DNA of 54,107 bases, filler included, from Squatina squatina (GCA_031763465.1; 3 parts of 3 records of this genome joined end to end with filler, not necessarily neighbours in it); one strand, 5' to 3'; numbered from the whole stretch's first letter, positions 25,571 to 35,821 are shown. Notes: generated by a model from the letters alone, not told the origin. A program made the numbers and translations.

Positions 25571-26590
25571 GTTTTGTGGGCCTGAAGGTTTGGAAAGGGC
25601 TGTGGTTAACACTGTTGCCTCCATATTGGTGGCAAATTCCTAACTCAACACAGCAAAATCGATGAGTATCAGCAGCTTGAGATATATACATAATAATGAA
25701 TTTAAACTTTACATGTGGCTCTTAATGCTCCATGGGACAACCCTAAAACTCATGAAGACAAAAAGCTTGGATATCACTGGTCTGGGGATCCCTAAAACAA
25801 GGGAAAGACTTTACTATCAAGGCAAATGTTATGAAAATAGAGGTGGTAAATTCATACCCGCATTTCTTTAAGGTCGTGAAAGTTGTTTCCCACTCTGACA
25901 GAGACCTTGCTTGGAGTATAGCTTTCATCAGATTTGTAGTCTGCATAAATACACAGGGTTTTCACAGTTGTTTTTCGTCTAGGAAAACAAAAATTAATCC
26001 CAGTAGCTTGAAGCATCAGAAATACATGGCACAGCGGTCAGGTGCTGCCTGTAATGTGGCACCGTCTTGATCTGGTCCTGCTTCTTCTCCCCGCCGCCGG
26101 GCGGCGCTGTCCCCACCCCGTGACATTGCACCTCCCCGCCGCCGGGCGGCGCTGTCAGATTNNNNNNNNNNNNNNNNNNNNNNNNNNNNNNNNNNNNNNN
26201 NNNNNNNNNNNNNNNNNNNNNNNNNNNNNNNNNNNNNNNNNNNNNNNNNNNNNNNNNNNNNATCATAAATTAATTCATATTCTGTAACCAATTTGCACAG
26301 CACACATTTGCGTGTGAACAGTGAACACTAGTCCTTGCATGCACAATGCAAACCATTTAAATGAGAGTTGTCTCCATTGGAGCATATGAAGGAGCTGGCA
26401 TTTATTTCCTCGACCACCAATGGAGCTGCTGTAAAATATTAGCTCCCTTCACTATGATGTAAAACAGACCCAATTTACAAGGGAGACATACAAATCTGAC
26501 GAGACATGCATTAGTCTAACCGTATCAGATTTAAATGAATTGTCAAGCTTTTTAAACCAGCACATACTGCATTCCCCCTTATACTCGTAC

Positions 26591-26681
26591 CTGAACTGAA
26601 TGTTAACGAGATGAGGCTGCGATCCATCTGACTGCCAATATGTTTCCAGGTTATCATCACGTAACTGATCCACACCAAATC
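26591..26681 (-). CDS. ANAPC10: Anaphase-promoting complex subunit 10, internal exon
   Basis: ttatcag|GA TTT...TTC AG|gtacga, 91 bp. Encodes GFGVDQLRDDNLETYWQSDGSQPHLVNIQFR. Confidence 0.97.
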
Positions 26682-27734
26682 CTGATAAAGCAATTAAAGA
26701 ACATTATTTTGTCATATATTTAGTCTAACGGAGAGTCAAACGTTCCAATATGTTCAAGTGATGACTGCTTACAAGAACAAAACCAAATTTGACACTGAGC
26801 TTTAGCAGCAATATCTTATTTAACTTTAATTCTTGACAGGATATGTTTGCATATTTTGTGGTGAAATTTCCAACATCACAGGCTACAGATGTAGATATTC
26901 ACCAGAAGAGACAGGCTTGTAATAGACTTCATATAATTACAATCTTACACTCAATTTAAGTCAAAAATGTGTTACAGTTCCCACCACTTAAAACATCCAC
27001 GTTTAAAATGTGTAGTCACTAATAGCGCCCCAAAACCGATAACTGTTATCAATTTGCATTAACGCCAATTTTAAAGTTGCCGGTTATAGCGTCTTAAAAG
27101 CTCCATTTATTTCGAGCAAAAACAGCTGTGTTTACTCACTGGTTCGCACCTCATTAAGGTGCACTGAATGTAGTAAAAGAGACTTATTGAGGCTTCCATT
27201 TCTTCTGAATTGGTCTGGATATGAGCCCATAATTAAGCAAATTCACTGGGTGAAACACAATGAGATGTTCCAATAATATGACATGGCACTATATAAATGC
27301 AAGGATGTTTCTCCTTTAGATGTATTTGAGCAAAAAATTAAATTCAATTTAAATGAATGAAGTTGAAGCACCAACTACAGAAGCCCTAGAAAATACCAAT
27401 TAACTTGCTTGTGGCTCATCACCTGAAGGTCCAAGACAGTATGAGAATGTAACTCTTGCAAATAATATTAATTCAAAGGGAATATACTGGACAAAAGATT
27501 TTTTTTTAATTATAAAAAAATAATTTGTAATTTTATTAACCCTGCCGTTTTATACCGGCCATCACACATAGTGGGCAACTCACATGCTCACCAACACGTG
27601 CTTGAGCAAGCTTCTGGTCACCCCTTCTAATTTCTCCTTTTCTAGTTGGGCATCTGTTTTCCTCACACCTCTTTGAAATGCTTTGCGACATTTGTTACAT
27701 TAAAGGCACTGTATAAATGCAAGCTGTCGTACCA

Positions 27735-27945
27735 GAGGAAGCTCTGGAATTCCCTCCCTAATCCTCACCGCCTCTCTACATCTCTCTCCTCCTTTACGAC
27801 GCTCTTTGAAACCTACTTCTTTCACCAAGCTTTTGGCCATCTGCCCGAATATCTCCTTATGTGGCTTGGTGTCATTTTGTTTGTTAACACTGCTGTGAAG
27901 CACCTAGGGACCTTGACTGTGTTAAAGGCGCTATATAAGTTGTTG
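27735..27945 (+). mobile_element. L2 LINE 3' end
   Basis: KLWNSLPNPHRLSTSLSSFTTLFETYFFHQAF, followed by the tail tgtgaagcacctaggga...ttaaaggcgctatataag. Confidence 0.8.
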
Positions 27946-28023
27946 AAGCAGGTTTTATTACTTGAATGTAAATCGCTGAATTCTGAGACCTGGTTACTGG
28001 TTAAACACGTTGTCCTACTGCAG

Positions 28024-28145
28024 GTGTCCAGCTATATGAAGGGACCAGTGTCAATCATGTGATGGTCGAGAAGGGTCATGTGACTGGAATTGAAACTGAC
28101 AGAGGGCATATAGAGTGTGAATACTTTGTGAACTGTGCAGGACAG
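28024..28145 (+). CDS. PDPR: Pyruvate dehydrogenase phosphatase regulatory subunit, internal exon
   Basis: ctgcag|GT GTC...GGA CAG|gtaagc, 122 bp. Encodes GVQLYEGTSVNHVMVEKGHVTGIETDRGHIECEYFVNCAGQ versus recalled human GVQIYDRTSVLHVMVKKGQVTGVETDKGQIECQYFVNCAGQ. Confidence 0.88.
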
Positions 28146-28958
28146 GTAAGCAACCCAGACGGACTGGATCAGCGTTACACTGTCTCTGCTTGTCATTCGT
28201 ACCAATAATGAAGCTACTGACCTCCATTATGTCCACTCCCTCCCCGCCAATCAGAAAAGCAAAAAATAGTGATGTCGAGCAGAGCTCAATCCATGTTGCA
28301 AACGGAACGAAAAGTTGAGAGTCCTCTGTCGTAGCAACATAAATAGCGCTCAACAGGCTATTTGATTTGTGAGGAGGTGGTGAATGTTCCCCATTAATTT
28401 CAAGTAGACTAAAATGGAGGATATTCTGTAGTCCATGACCTTTGGCTGCCCCCACACTTTTGTCTTAAACTTAAGGGTAATGCTGTTGCTTTGATGCAGT
28501 GTAGCCTGAAGATTTGAGATCTCAGTGGTCTGCAGTCCCTGTGGCAGTTCTGAGAGCCCTCCCTGAGCTGGTGCCCCCCACCCCTTGCGATGTATGGATC
28601 AGGGGATGCTGAAGGCTGGTCTAACTCGGGTAGATGGTACAACATGCCTCCCCTGTGAAATTTGATTCCCCTGCCATCCAAGGTGCCTGACGCAGAACAG
28701 GACTGGCAGCTTCATGGTGATTCATTCTAGTTCACAGTTCCTTCGTCTCATGCCTGAACCTCACCATTCGCTGTACCACACTTCGAATTTGGCGACTAGC
28801 ATACAACATTCGTGGATTGTTCCGAAAATGGTCTGATATTGGAGCAGTTTGCTTCTTTCCATTTCCCCCTTTGGCTTCATACTATTCAGCATCATAGAAT
28901 GGTTACAGTACAGGAGCAGACCATTCGGCCCGCCGGGCCTGTGCCAGTTCCGCAATAG

Positions 28959-29058
28959 NNNNNNNNNNNNNNNNNNNNNNNNNNNNNNNNNNNNNNNNNN
29001 NNTTAATTAATTAANNNNNNNNNNNNNNNNNNNNNNNNNNNNNNNNNNNNNNNNNNNN
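28959..29058. other. Artificial assembly linker N44-TTAATTAATTAA-N44
   Basis: Same structure as 14950-15049. The 12-mer lies at 29003-29014. Confidence 0.95.
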
Positions 29059-29614
29059 AGTGTTTGTGTGTTCGTGAGTGTTCGTGTGTTCGTGAGTGTT
29101 CGTGTTCGTGAGTGTTCGTGTCGTGAGTGTTCGTGTCCCTGAGTGTTCGTGTGTGAGTGTGTTCGTGTGAGTGTGTTCGTGTGTGAGTGTTTTTGTGTGA
29201 GTGTTTTTGTGTGAGTGTTTTTGTGTGAGTGTTTTTGTGTGAGTGTTTTTGTGTGAGTGTTCGTATGTGAGTGTTCGTGTGTGTCAGTGTTTGTGTGAGT
29301 GTTCGTGTGTGAGTGTTCGTGTGTCAGTGTTTGTGTGTGTCAGTGTTTGTGTGAGTGTTCGTGTACGTGAGTGTTCATGTGTGTTTGTGTGAGTGTATGT
29401 TCTTGTGCGTGACTGTTTGTGTGTGTGTTCGTGTGTGTGTATTCATGTGTGTTTGTTCTTGTGTGAGTGTTCGTGTGTGAGTGTCCGTGTGTGTGAGTGT
29501 CTGTGTGTGTGAGTGTCTGTGTGTGTGAGTGTCCGTGTGTGTGAGTGTCCGTGTGTGTGAATGAGTGTGAGTGTTTGTGCGTGAGTGTTTGTGCGTGTGA
29601 GTGTTTGTGCGTGT
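29059..29614. repeat. Compound (GT)-rich microsatellite
   Basis: Iterated gtgtgagtgttc / gtgtgtgagtgt units. Confidence 0.95.
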
Positions 29615-29854
29615 NNNNNNNNNNNNNNNNNNNNNNNNNNNNNNNNNNNNNNNNNNNNNNNNNNNNNNNNNNNNNNNNNNNNNNNNNNNNNNNNNNNNNN
29701 NNNNNNNNNNNNNNCCACAGTCCAACTCAAGTCCCCACTGCAGCCCACTCAGGCCTCCTGTAAAAATATCAGATCGTACCCCCATAACATCATCAGAACC
29801 CCATCTGCGTAGTTAAAGAGTACTCCGCCAGCTTGGGGCAGCTATGTGTTTGAT

Positions 29855-30065
29855 CTCTGAGACCTCCTCCAGCCCTACAACCCTCCGCGATCTCTGCACC
29901 AGCAATTCTGGCCTCCTGCGCATCCCTGATTTTCATCGCTCCACCATTGGCGGCCGTGCCTTCAGCTGTCTCAGCCCTACGCTCTGGAATCCTCCCCCTA
30001 AACCTCCTGTAAAGAGCTTTAGGACTTTTTAACCATGTTAAAGGTGCAATATAAATGTAAGTTGT
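29855..30065 (+). mobile_element. L2 LINE 3' fragment
   Basis: SNSGLLRIPDFHRSTIGGRAFSCLSPTLWNP, followed by the tail atgttaaaggtgcaatataaatgtaagttg. Confidence 0.8.
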
Positions 30066-30536
30066 TTTTTCTAGAGGTGGTATGATGGTACAATGCACTG
30101 TGCTGTGAAGTTGTGTATGAGTTCACACAGTTTTACTATTTCAGCTCAGCCATTTGTGGCCAACAAGCACTTTTCCACAAAGGGAAAATTAGAGGACAAA
30201 TTATCCCAGATTGCACCGTCTCTTAGCACTCTTAAAACCAAAAGAGTTTAAAAATATCTCCAAAGAACTCCTTGAAATATGTTTTCTATAGCAGAACCAG
30301 TTAGCGACGCAGCCTTCTGCAATACCAGCANNNNNNNNNNNNNNNNNNNNNNNNNNNNNNNNNNNNNNNNNNNNNNNNNNNNNNNNNNNNNNNNNNNNNN
30401 NNNNNNNNNNNNNNNNNNNNNNNNNNNNNNCAAATTGGGTCACCGTCACGCCTCGGCCTTTGTTCAAAGCTCGCCGTCCTTAGCTTTCCCTCATCACTGA
30501 CATTCCCGGCAGCTGGAGTCAGCAGAGTTGCCTTAC

Positions 30537-30557
30537 CCCATTCCCCGCCCGAAACAT
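30537..30557 (-). CDS. Candidate 21-nt micro-exon at PMCA splice site A (DVSGGEW)
   Basis: Minus strand reads ccccatctctcagtctcttgctctggacag|ATGTTTCGGGCGGGGAATGGG|gtaagg. Phase 1-1 and frame-preserving after the ATP2B exon. Confidence 0.45.
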
Positions 30558-30793
30558 CTGTCCAGAGCAAGAGACTGAGAGATGGGGCCTGACCAAAGAC
30601 CCTGCACGCCAACAGTACCACCAGCCATTGGGGGCCTACCAACGCTTTGCCTTGCCTGGACCTCCCAAGCGACCGGGCCACGTTCGGAGGGGTGGAAGCG
30701 CTTCAGGTCAGCGCCGGTGAGGCGCGGGTTTCCCACGCGGGGGCTCTTCGCGGCCTCGGGCAGGGACGGGCCGCACCCGCTGGTCGGTCGTAC

Positions 30794-30919
30794 CTTTTTT
30801 CTCTTTCTTCTCCTCCTCCTCGACGCCGGCACCGAGGAGCGTGAAGATGATCCCGGTCTGCGAGTTCACGCCGACCGCCGTCACGATCATGCGGCCCGAC
30901 CCTTCCATCACATGGGTGC
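30794..30919 (-). CDS. ATP2B: Plasma-membrane Ca2+-ATPase (ATP2B2/ATP2B3-like) exon preceding splice site A
   Basis: tctttctccag|GC ACC...AAA G|gtacga, 126 bp. Encodes [43 protein letters not shown]. The paralog cannot be resolved from this exon. Confidence 0.93.
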
Positions 30920-30974
30920 CTGGAGAAAGAGAGGGCAATGGTCGGCTCTGTCTAACCGTGCAACGTGAAGCTCC

Positions 30975-31162
30975 CTATGCTAGTCAACCGCTGGTTAGAT
31001 CCCCAGCTGGAGTATTGCCGCCAATTCGGGGAGGTTGTCGAGGTCTTGGGAGAGGGTGCGGAGGAGATTAACGAGAATGGTCCCAGGGATGAGGGACTTC
31101 AGCGACGGGGAGAGACTGGAGAAGCTGGGGGTTGTTCTCCTTGGAGCAGAGAAGGTTGAGGG
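30975..31162 (+). mobile_element. Degenerate CR1 RT fragment
   Basis: PQLEYC.QF and ttgttctccttggagcagagaaggttgaggg (LFSLEQRRLR). Confidence 0.7.
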
Positions 31163-31231
31163 ATGAGGCTAATAGGCAGTCTCATAAGGGAGGGCCCAGC
31201 ATGGCTTAGGTAGAAAAAGGGAAAATCAAAC

Positions 31232-31367
31232 GTAGAGGGAGCTTTACTCTGTATCGAACCCATGCTGTACCTGCCCTGGGAGTGTTTGATTGGACAGTGT
31301 AGAGGGAGCTTTACTCTGTATCTAACCCCGTGCTGTACCTGCCCTGGGAGTGTTTGATGGGACAGTG
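31232..31367. repeat. Tandem repeat, ~67-68 bp unit (2 copies, truncated by gap)
   Basis: gtagagggagctttactctgtatc...tgctgtacctgccctgggagtgtttgat.ggacagt at 31232 and 31299. Confidence 0.9.
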
Positions 31368-31467
31368 NNNNNNNNNNNNNNNNNNNNNNNNNNNNNNNNN
31401 NNNNNNNNNNNNNNNNNNNNNNNNNNNNNNNNNNNNNNNNNNNNNNNNNNNNNNNNNNNNNNNNNNN

Positions 31468-32299
31468 GAGGCACATTCAGCCCCTCAAGCCTGTTACATA
31501 GGAGCAGGAGGAGGCCAATTCAGCCACTTTAGTCTGTTGCATGGGAACTGGGGGATCGAATCGGCCCGGTGATTCTGTTACATAGGAAGATGAGAAGGCC
31601 CATACAGCTCCTTCGAGCCTGTTACAGATGAAAAGGAGGAAGCCCATGCTGCGCCTTATGTCTTTTACACAGGAACAGAAGGAGTCCCATTCATCTGATC
31701 AAGCCTGTTTCACAGGAACAGGAGGAAGCCCATTCAGTCCCCTCGAGTCTGATATATAGGAACAGGAGGAGGCCCATTCAGTCCCCTCGAGTCTGATATA
31801 TAGGAACATGAGGAGGCCCATTCAGTCCCCTCGAGTCTGATATATAGGAACAGGAGGAGGCCCATTCAGTCCCCTCATGTTTGATATATAGGAACAGGAG
31901 GAGGCCCATTCAGTCCCCTCGAGTCTGATATATAGGAACAGGAGGAGGCCCTTTCAGCTGCTCAAGCAAATAACATAGGAACAGGAGATGACACATTCAG
32001 CCCCCTCGAGTCTGTTATTTAGGAACAGTAGGAGGTAGATATAGCTGCTCAAACTACAGGTCAATCAGAGCCTCAAGCATTGGAACAGGAGGAGGCCCAC
32101 TCAGCTCTATCGAGCCTGTTACATAGGAACAGGGGGAGGCCATTCAGCCCCTCAAATCTGTTGCAAAGGAACAGGACAAGGCCCATTCAGTGCTATCAAG
32201 CCTGTTACACATGGACAGGAGGAAAACCACTCAGCCCCTTCAAACCTGGTACAAAGGAACAGGAGGAGGCCCATTCAGCCCCCTTGACTCTGTTACATA
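31468..32299. repeat. ~44-bp minisatellite derived from the CR1 3' terminus
   Basis: Unit ataggaacaggaggaggcccattcagcccctcgagcctgttac, period 44 (31741, 31785). Compare the CR1 end at 1406-1452. Confidence 0.85.
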
Positions 32300-32399
32300 N
32301 NNNNNNNNNNNNNNNNNNNNNNNNNNNNNNNNNNNNNNNNNNNNNNNNNNNNNNNNNNNNNNNNNNNNNNNNNNNNNNNNNNNNNNNNNNNNNNNNNNN

Positions 32400-32949
32400 G
32401 GAAACCTCTTCTCAATAGCTACTCTGTCAAATCCCTTTATCCTTTTAAAGACCTCTATCAGGTCACCACTCAACCTTCTCTTTTCTAAGCAAAGAGCCCC
32501 AGCCTGTTCAGTTTTACTGATAGTTATAACCTCTCAGTTGTGGTATCATCATTGTAAATCTTTTTTGCACCTTACGTAATGTCTCTGTACCATTGTTATA
32601 ACGTGTATTCCAAATATGGTCTAACAAAGCTTCTATACAATGCTAACATTACTTCCCTGCTTTTCAGTCCTATCCCTTTAGAAATAATCCCCAGTGCTTT
32701 GTTTGCTCTTTTAATGGCCTTATTACTTTTAGTGATTTGTGTATCTGTACCCCTGTGCTCCTCTACTCCATTTAGACACTTATTGCCCAAGCAGTATGTG
32801 GCCTCCTTATTCTTCAGAAAACAGAGTAGAAATACATTTTCAGATTGGCAGGCTGTGACTAGTGGGGTACCACAAGGATCAGTGCTTGGGCCACAGCTGT
32901 TCAGAATTTATATCAAGGACTTGGATGCTAAGTGAGTGGGCAAGAACAT
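32400..32949. mobile_element. CR1 RT fragments (minus strand to ~32815, then plus strand)
   Basis: Minus: ANKALGIISKGIGLKSREVMLALYRSFVRPYLEY and GDLIEVFKRIKGFDRV. Plus: FSDWQAVTSGVPQGSVLGPQLFRIYIKDLD. Confidence 0.85.
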
Positions 32950-33138
32950 NNNNNNNNNNNNNNNNNNNNNNNNNNNNNNNNNNNNNNNNNNNNNNNNNNN
33001 NNNNNNNNNNNNNNNNNNNNNNNNNNNNNNNNNNNNNNNNNNNNNNNNNTGACGTCATCAGCGCCTGGCGCCACCTCAACCCACGCCAAGGCCAACCTTC
33101 AGCCCTCACGGCCACACGCTCCGACGCAGTTTGACGGG

Positions 33139-33862
33139 CTACGGCTTTGCCACGTGGGAAACGGGGCCGACCTTGGCGCCGGAGACGCAGGACCTGCACC
33201 CGGAGGCCCCCAGCACGCACCGGAGGAAGAGCCCTTTCAGGGCGGCGCCGAAGCCCCGCTTCCTCATGGCGTACAGCACGGGGTTGGCCAGCGAGTTGAG
33301 GTGCGAGAGGATCACCACCAGCTGGCCCAGCCAGGGCGGCAGGCCGCAACCGGGGCAGAAGAGCGCCAGGCTGTTGACCACACTGAGGGGCATCCAGCAG
33401 AGGAGGAAGAGGCCCACCATCAGGAAGAGGGTCTTGGCGGTCTGCACATCGCCGCGCTTGGCCGACCGGAACTGCTGCTTGTGGAAGTACTTGCGCACCA
33501 GCCGGAAGGAGTCGGTGTAAATCCCCAACCTGGCGGCCAGGGGCGGCAGGGTGCAGCAGAAAAAGACGCAGTACACCAAGTAGTTGAGGGAGACGACGGC
33601 CTCGAAGGAGCAGGGGCCCGGGGCCTGCCCGCTGCCGTTGGCGGGCTTCGGCACGTCGAAGGGGCGAGGGAAGAAGCCCAGCAGGGAGATCTGTTGCCGC
33701 AGGGCAGCTCCCTCCATGGGGAGCGTGCGGTTGGGCGCCGAGGCGACGAAAGTGTCGAAGCCGTTCCAGCCCATCGCCGGGGTGAAGCCGACGATCAGCG
33801 CCGAGATCCAGCACAGGGTGATGGCCACCGTGACCCGCTTCTTGGTCACCAGGACGCCGTAC
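33139..33862 (-). CDS. Adenosine-receptor-like class A GPCR, second coding exon (ICL2 to C-terminus)
   Basis: tctctcag|G TAC GGC, the intron position of ADORA genes (R|Y..LVT..R). Motifs CWISALIVGFTPAMGWN, CSFEAVV..NYLVY, AKTLFLMVGLFLLCWMPL..VN, ILSHLNSLANPVLYA. Open to TAG. Confidence 0.9.
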
Positions 33863-33944
33863 CTGAGAGAAGCAGTCCCAAAAGAAAAAGCTGTTAGACG
33901 TCGAGGCCCAGTGGAACGCTTCCCAGTGTGTGTCAGCCCCGCCA

Positions 33945-34388
33945 CACCGCTCAGTCACAAGGGTCGTGGATTCAAGTCCCGCTCCAGGGACCTGTGCGCA
34001 AATTTCCAGTGCAGTACTGAGGGAGCGCCGCACTGCCGGAGGGGCAGGACTGAGGGAGCGCCGCACTGTCGGAGGGCAGTACTGAGGGAGCGCCGCACTG
34101 TCGGAGGGGCAGGACTGAGGGAGCGCCGCACTGTCGGAGGGCAGTACTGAGGGAGCGCCGCACTGTCGGAGGGGCAGGNNNNNNNNNNNNNNNNNNNNNN
34201 NNNNNNNNNNNNNNNNNNNNNNNNNNNNNNNNNNNNNNNNNNNNNNNNNNNNNNNNNNNNNNNNNNNNNNNNNNNNNNTACAATACAACAGTGACCACAC
34301 TTCAAAAAGTACTTCGTTGGCTGTAAAGCACTTTGGGACGTCCGATGGTCGTGAAAGGCGCTGTAGAAATGCTAATCCTTTTCTTTTT
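33945..34388 (+). mobile_element. SacSINE1-like SINE with internal tandem amplification, spanning a gap
   Basis: Head ggattcaagtcccgctccaggg, then alternating 33/32-bp repeats at 34011-34178. Tail acaacagtgaccacacttcaaaaag...gctgtaaagcactttgggacg...gtgaaaggcgct after the gap. Confidence 0.8.
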
Positions 34389-34509
34389 ATAGCAACTCAA
34401 GAACTCTCTGACATTTGTATTTATTTAGCACCTTATCAGCTTTACCCCCTTAATCTTCAAATGATGCTTCGCAAGTCACTGGTTGTGTCTTTCCTGGTTG
34501 CTCTTTCAG

Positions 34510-34697
34510 AGACCTTTGACCACCTTGAATCGGGGAAGAAGTTCCACGTGCTGAAAGATGTCTGCTCCTTTACTTTGCGCGGCACCGTGCTCAGTCCGAT
34601 GCCTCCTCGCCACTGCCTGCCCAACTTCACCTCCTCTGTCTCCCTGAACATCGGTCAGCTGGGCTCCATGTCCTTGCCTCCGGGACCGCGACACTGA
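34510..34697 (+). CDS. Unidentified terminal coding exon (TFDHLESGKKFHVLKDVCSFTLRGTVLSPMPPRHCLPNFTSSVSLNIGQLGSMSLPPGPRH*)
   Basis: Acceptor gtctttcctggttgctctttcag, phase 1, strongly G/C-ending codons, ends TGA. Protein not recognised. Confidence 0.55.
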
Positions 34698-35281
34698 GGC
34701 GCATCCAAACGGGCATGGTTCCCTCCGCCCCCCACCCCCCCCCCCCCACTCGGCAGCTTTCCAGTAATTTCACGGGATGCCTCCGCTCGCTCTCCCGATC
34801 TCCTCGTGGGTTTGAGGTCCGGGCAGCTAAATCCGGAATCAAGACGATGAGGAAAGAAAGCCTCGGGTTAACGCGTGACCATTCGCGTCCTCGTGAGAGG
34901 CTGCCGGATCTTACTCTGGCACTTGTATTGTGGAATTAGCTGTGTATTTTGAAGTGTTAAGAATNNNNNNNNNNNNNNNNNNNNNNNNNNNNNNNNNNNN
35001 NNNNNNNNNNNNNNNNNNNNNNNNNNNNNNNNNNNNNNNNNNNNNNNNNNNNNNNNNNNNNNNNCAGATAAAAAGTAGAAAAGAAAGCTTACACAGGTGT
35101 AAGGTAAAATGTGATCAGACAATTTACTGATCTTTCCAGCTCTCCAAAACTTCAAAGTAACTGCCTCCTGACAAAAAATATGCATTAGCTGCTGGGAAAA
35201 CTGACTATAATCAGGGTGTAAAAAAGCAGAGTTAATACTTTAGACACAAATTTAATAACAAAGAAAACACATCCAATTTAC

Positions 35282-35403
35282 TTGGGTTTTTCACAAGAAG
35301 TTTCGGCATCCAATCCTCATCTGAGTCACTAGATTCACATACACACAGGGTTGGCGCACCCTTCCAGGTCTTGTCATGAATGCTGGCTTTGGTATCTTCA
35401 ATC
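35282..35403 (-). pseudogene. PRDM9: PRDM9-like exon following the KRAB exon, with a frameshift
   Basis: ttttcacag|GA TTG...CCA A|gtaaat. GLKIPKPAFMTRPGRVRQPC / ESSDSDEDWMPK resembles human GLRATRPAFMCHRRQ...DTEDSDEEWTPR. The exon is 122 bp (3n+2), with the shift in a TG run. Confidence 0.7.
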
Positions 35404-35772
35404 CTGTGAAAATTAAAATATTTTAATCATCTACAGTGGATAATTGCTTGCATTTAATTTGCCTTAACTTACTGAGGTGAGGCATTTGTTGAATCTAACC
35501 ATTTTAGAATAATATCAGGTAAGAGCAGCACAGAGAGTTTCCTTTCATCAATGGCATCAGGATTTAAATCCAGCCCAGACTGATCAGATGAAAAGGAACC
35601 TTTATGCTATGNNNNNNNNNNNNNNNNNNNNNNNNNNNNNNNNNNNNNNNNNNNNNNNNNNNNNNNNNNNNNNNNNNNNNNNNNNNNNNNNNNNNNNNNN
35701 NNNNNNNNNNNGTTTTGTTTTCAGAATTACATTCTTTATGTTAAGCTTCTTTGTGGTTTGTGTTTTTGTTAG

Positions 35773-35821
35773 GTGCCGGCATGGTGCGCTGGGCAAATGT
35801 GTTCATTGTGTACCATTGGAG
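35773..35821 (+). CDS. NPLOC4: Nuclear protein localization protein 4 homolog, zf-NPL4 exon
   Basis: tttttgttag|G TGC...TTG GAG|gtaagg, 49 bp. Encodes CRHGALGKCVHCVPLE versus human CRHGPLGKCVHCVPLE. Confidence 0.88.

Noticed and set aside
26085-26160. Two copies (45-bp period) of ccccgccgccgggcggcgctgtc resembling CTCF/REST motifs
   Set aside because: Only partial motif matches, at a contig edge; probably the start of a minisatellite.
31468-32299. CRISPR-like regular repeats
   Set aside because: No unique spacers, eukaryotic context, and the unit derives from a CR1 tail.
32879-34300. 473-aa and 321-aa ORFs overlapping the GPCR
   Set aside because: Shadow frames of a GC-rich exon, extended through N gaps.
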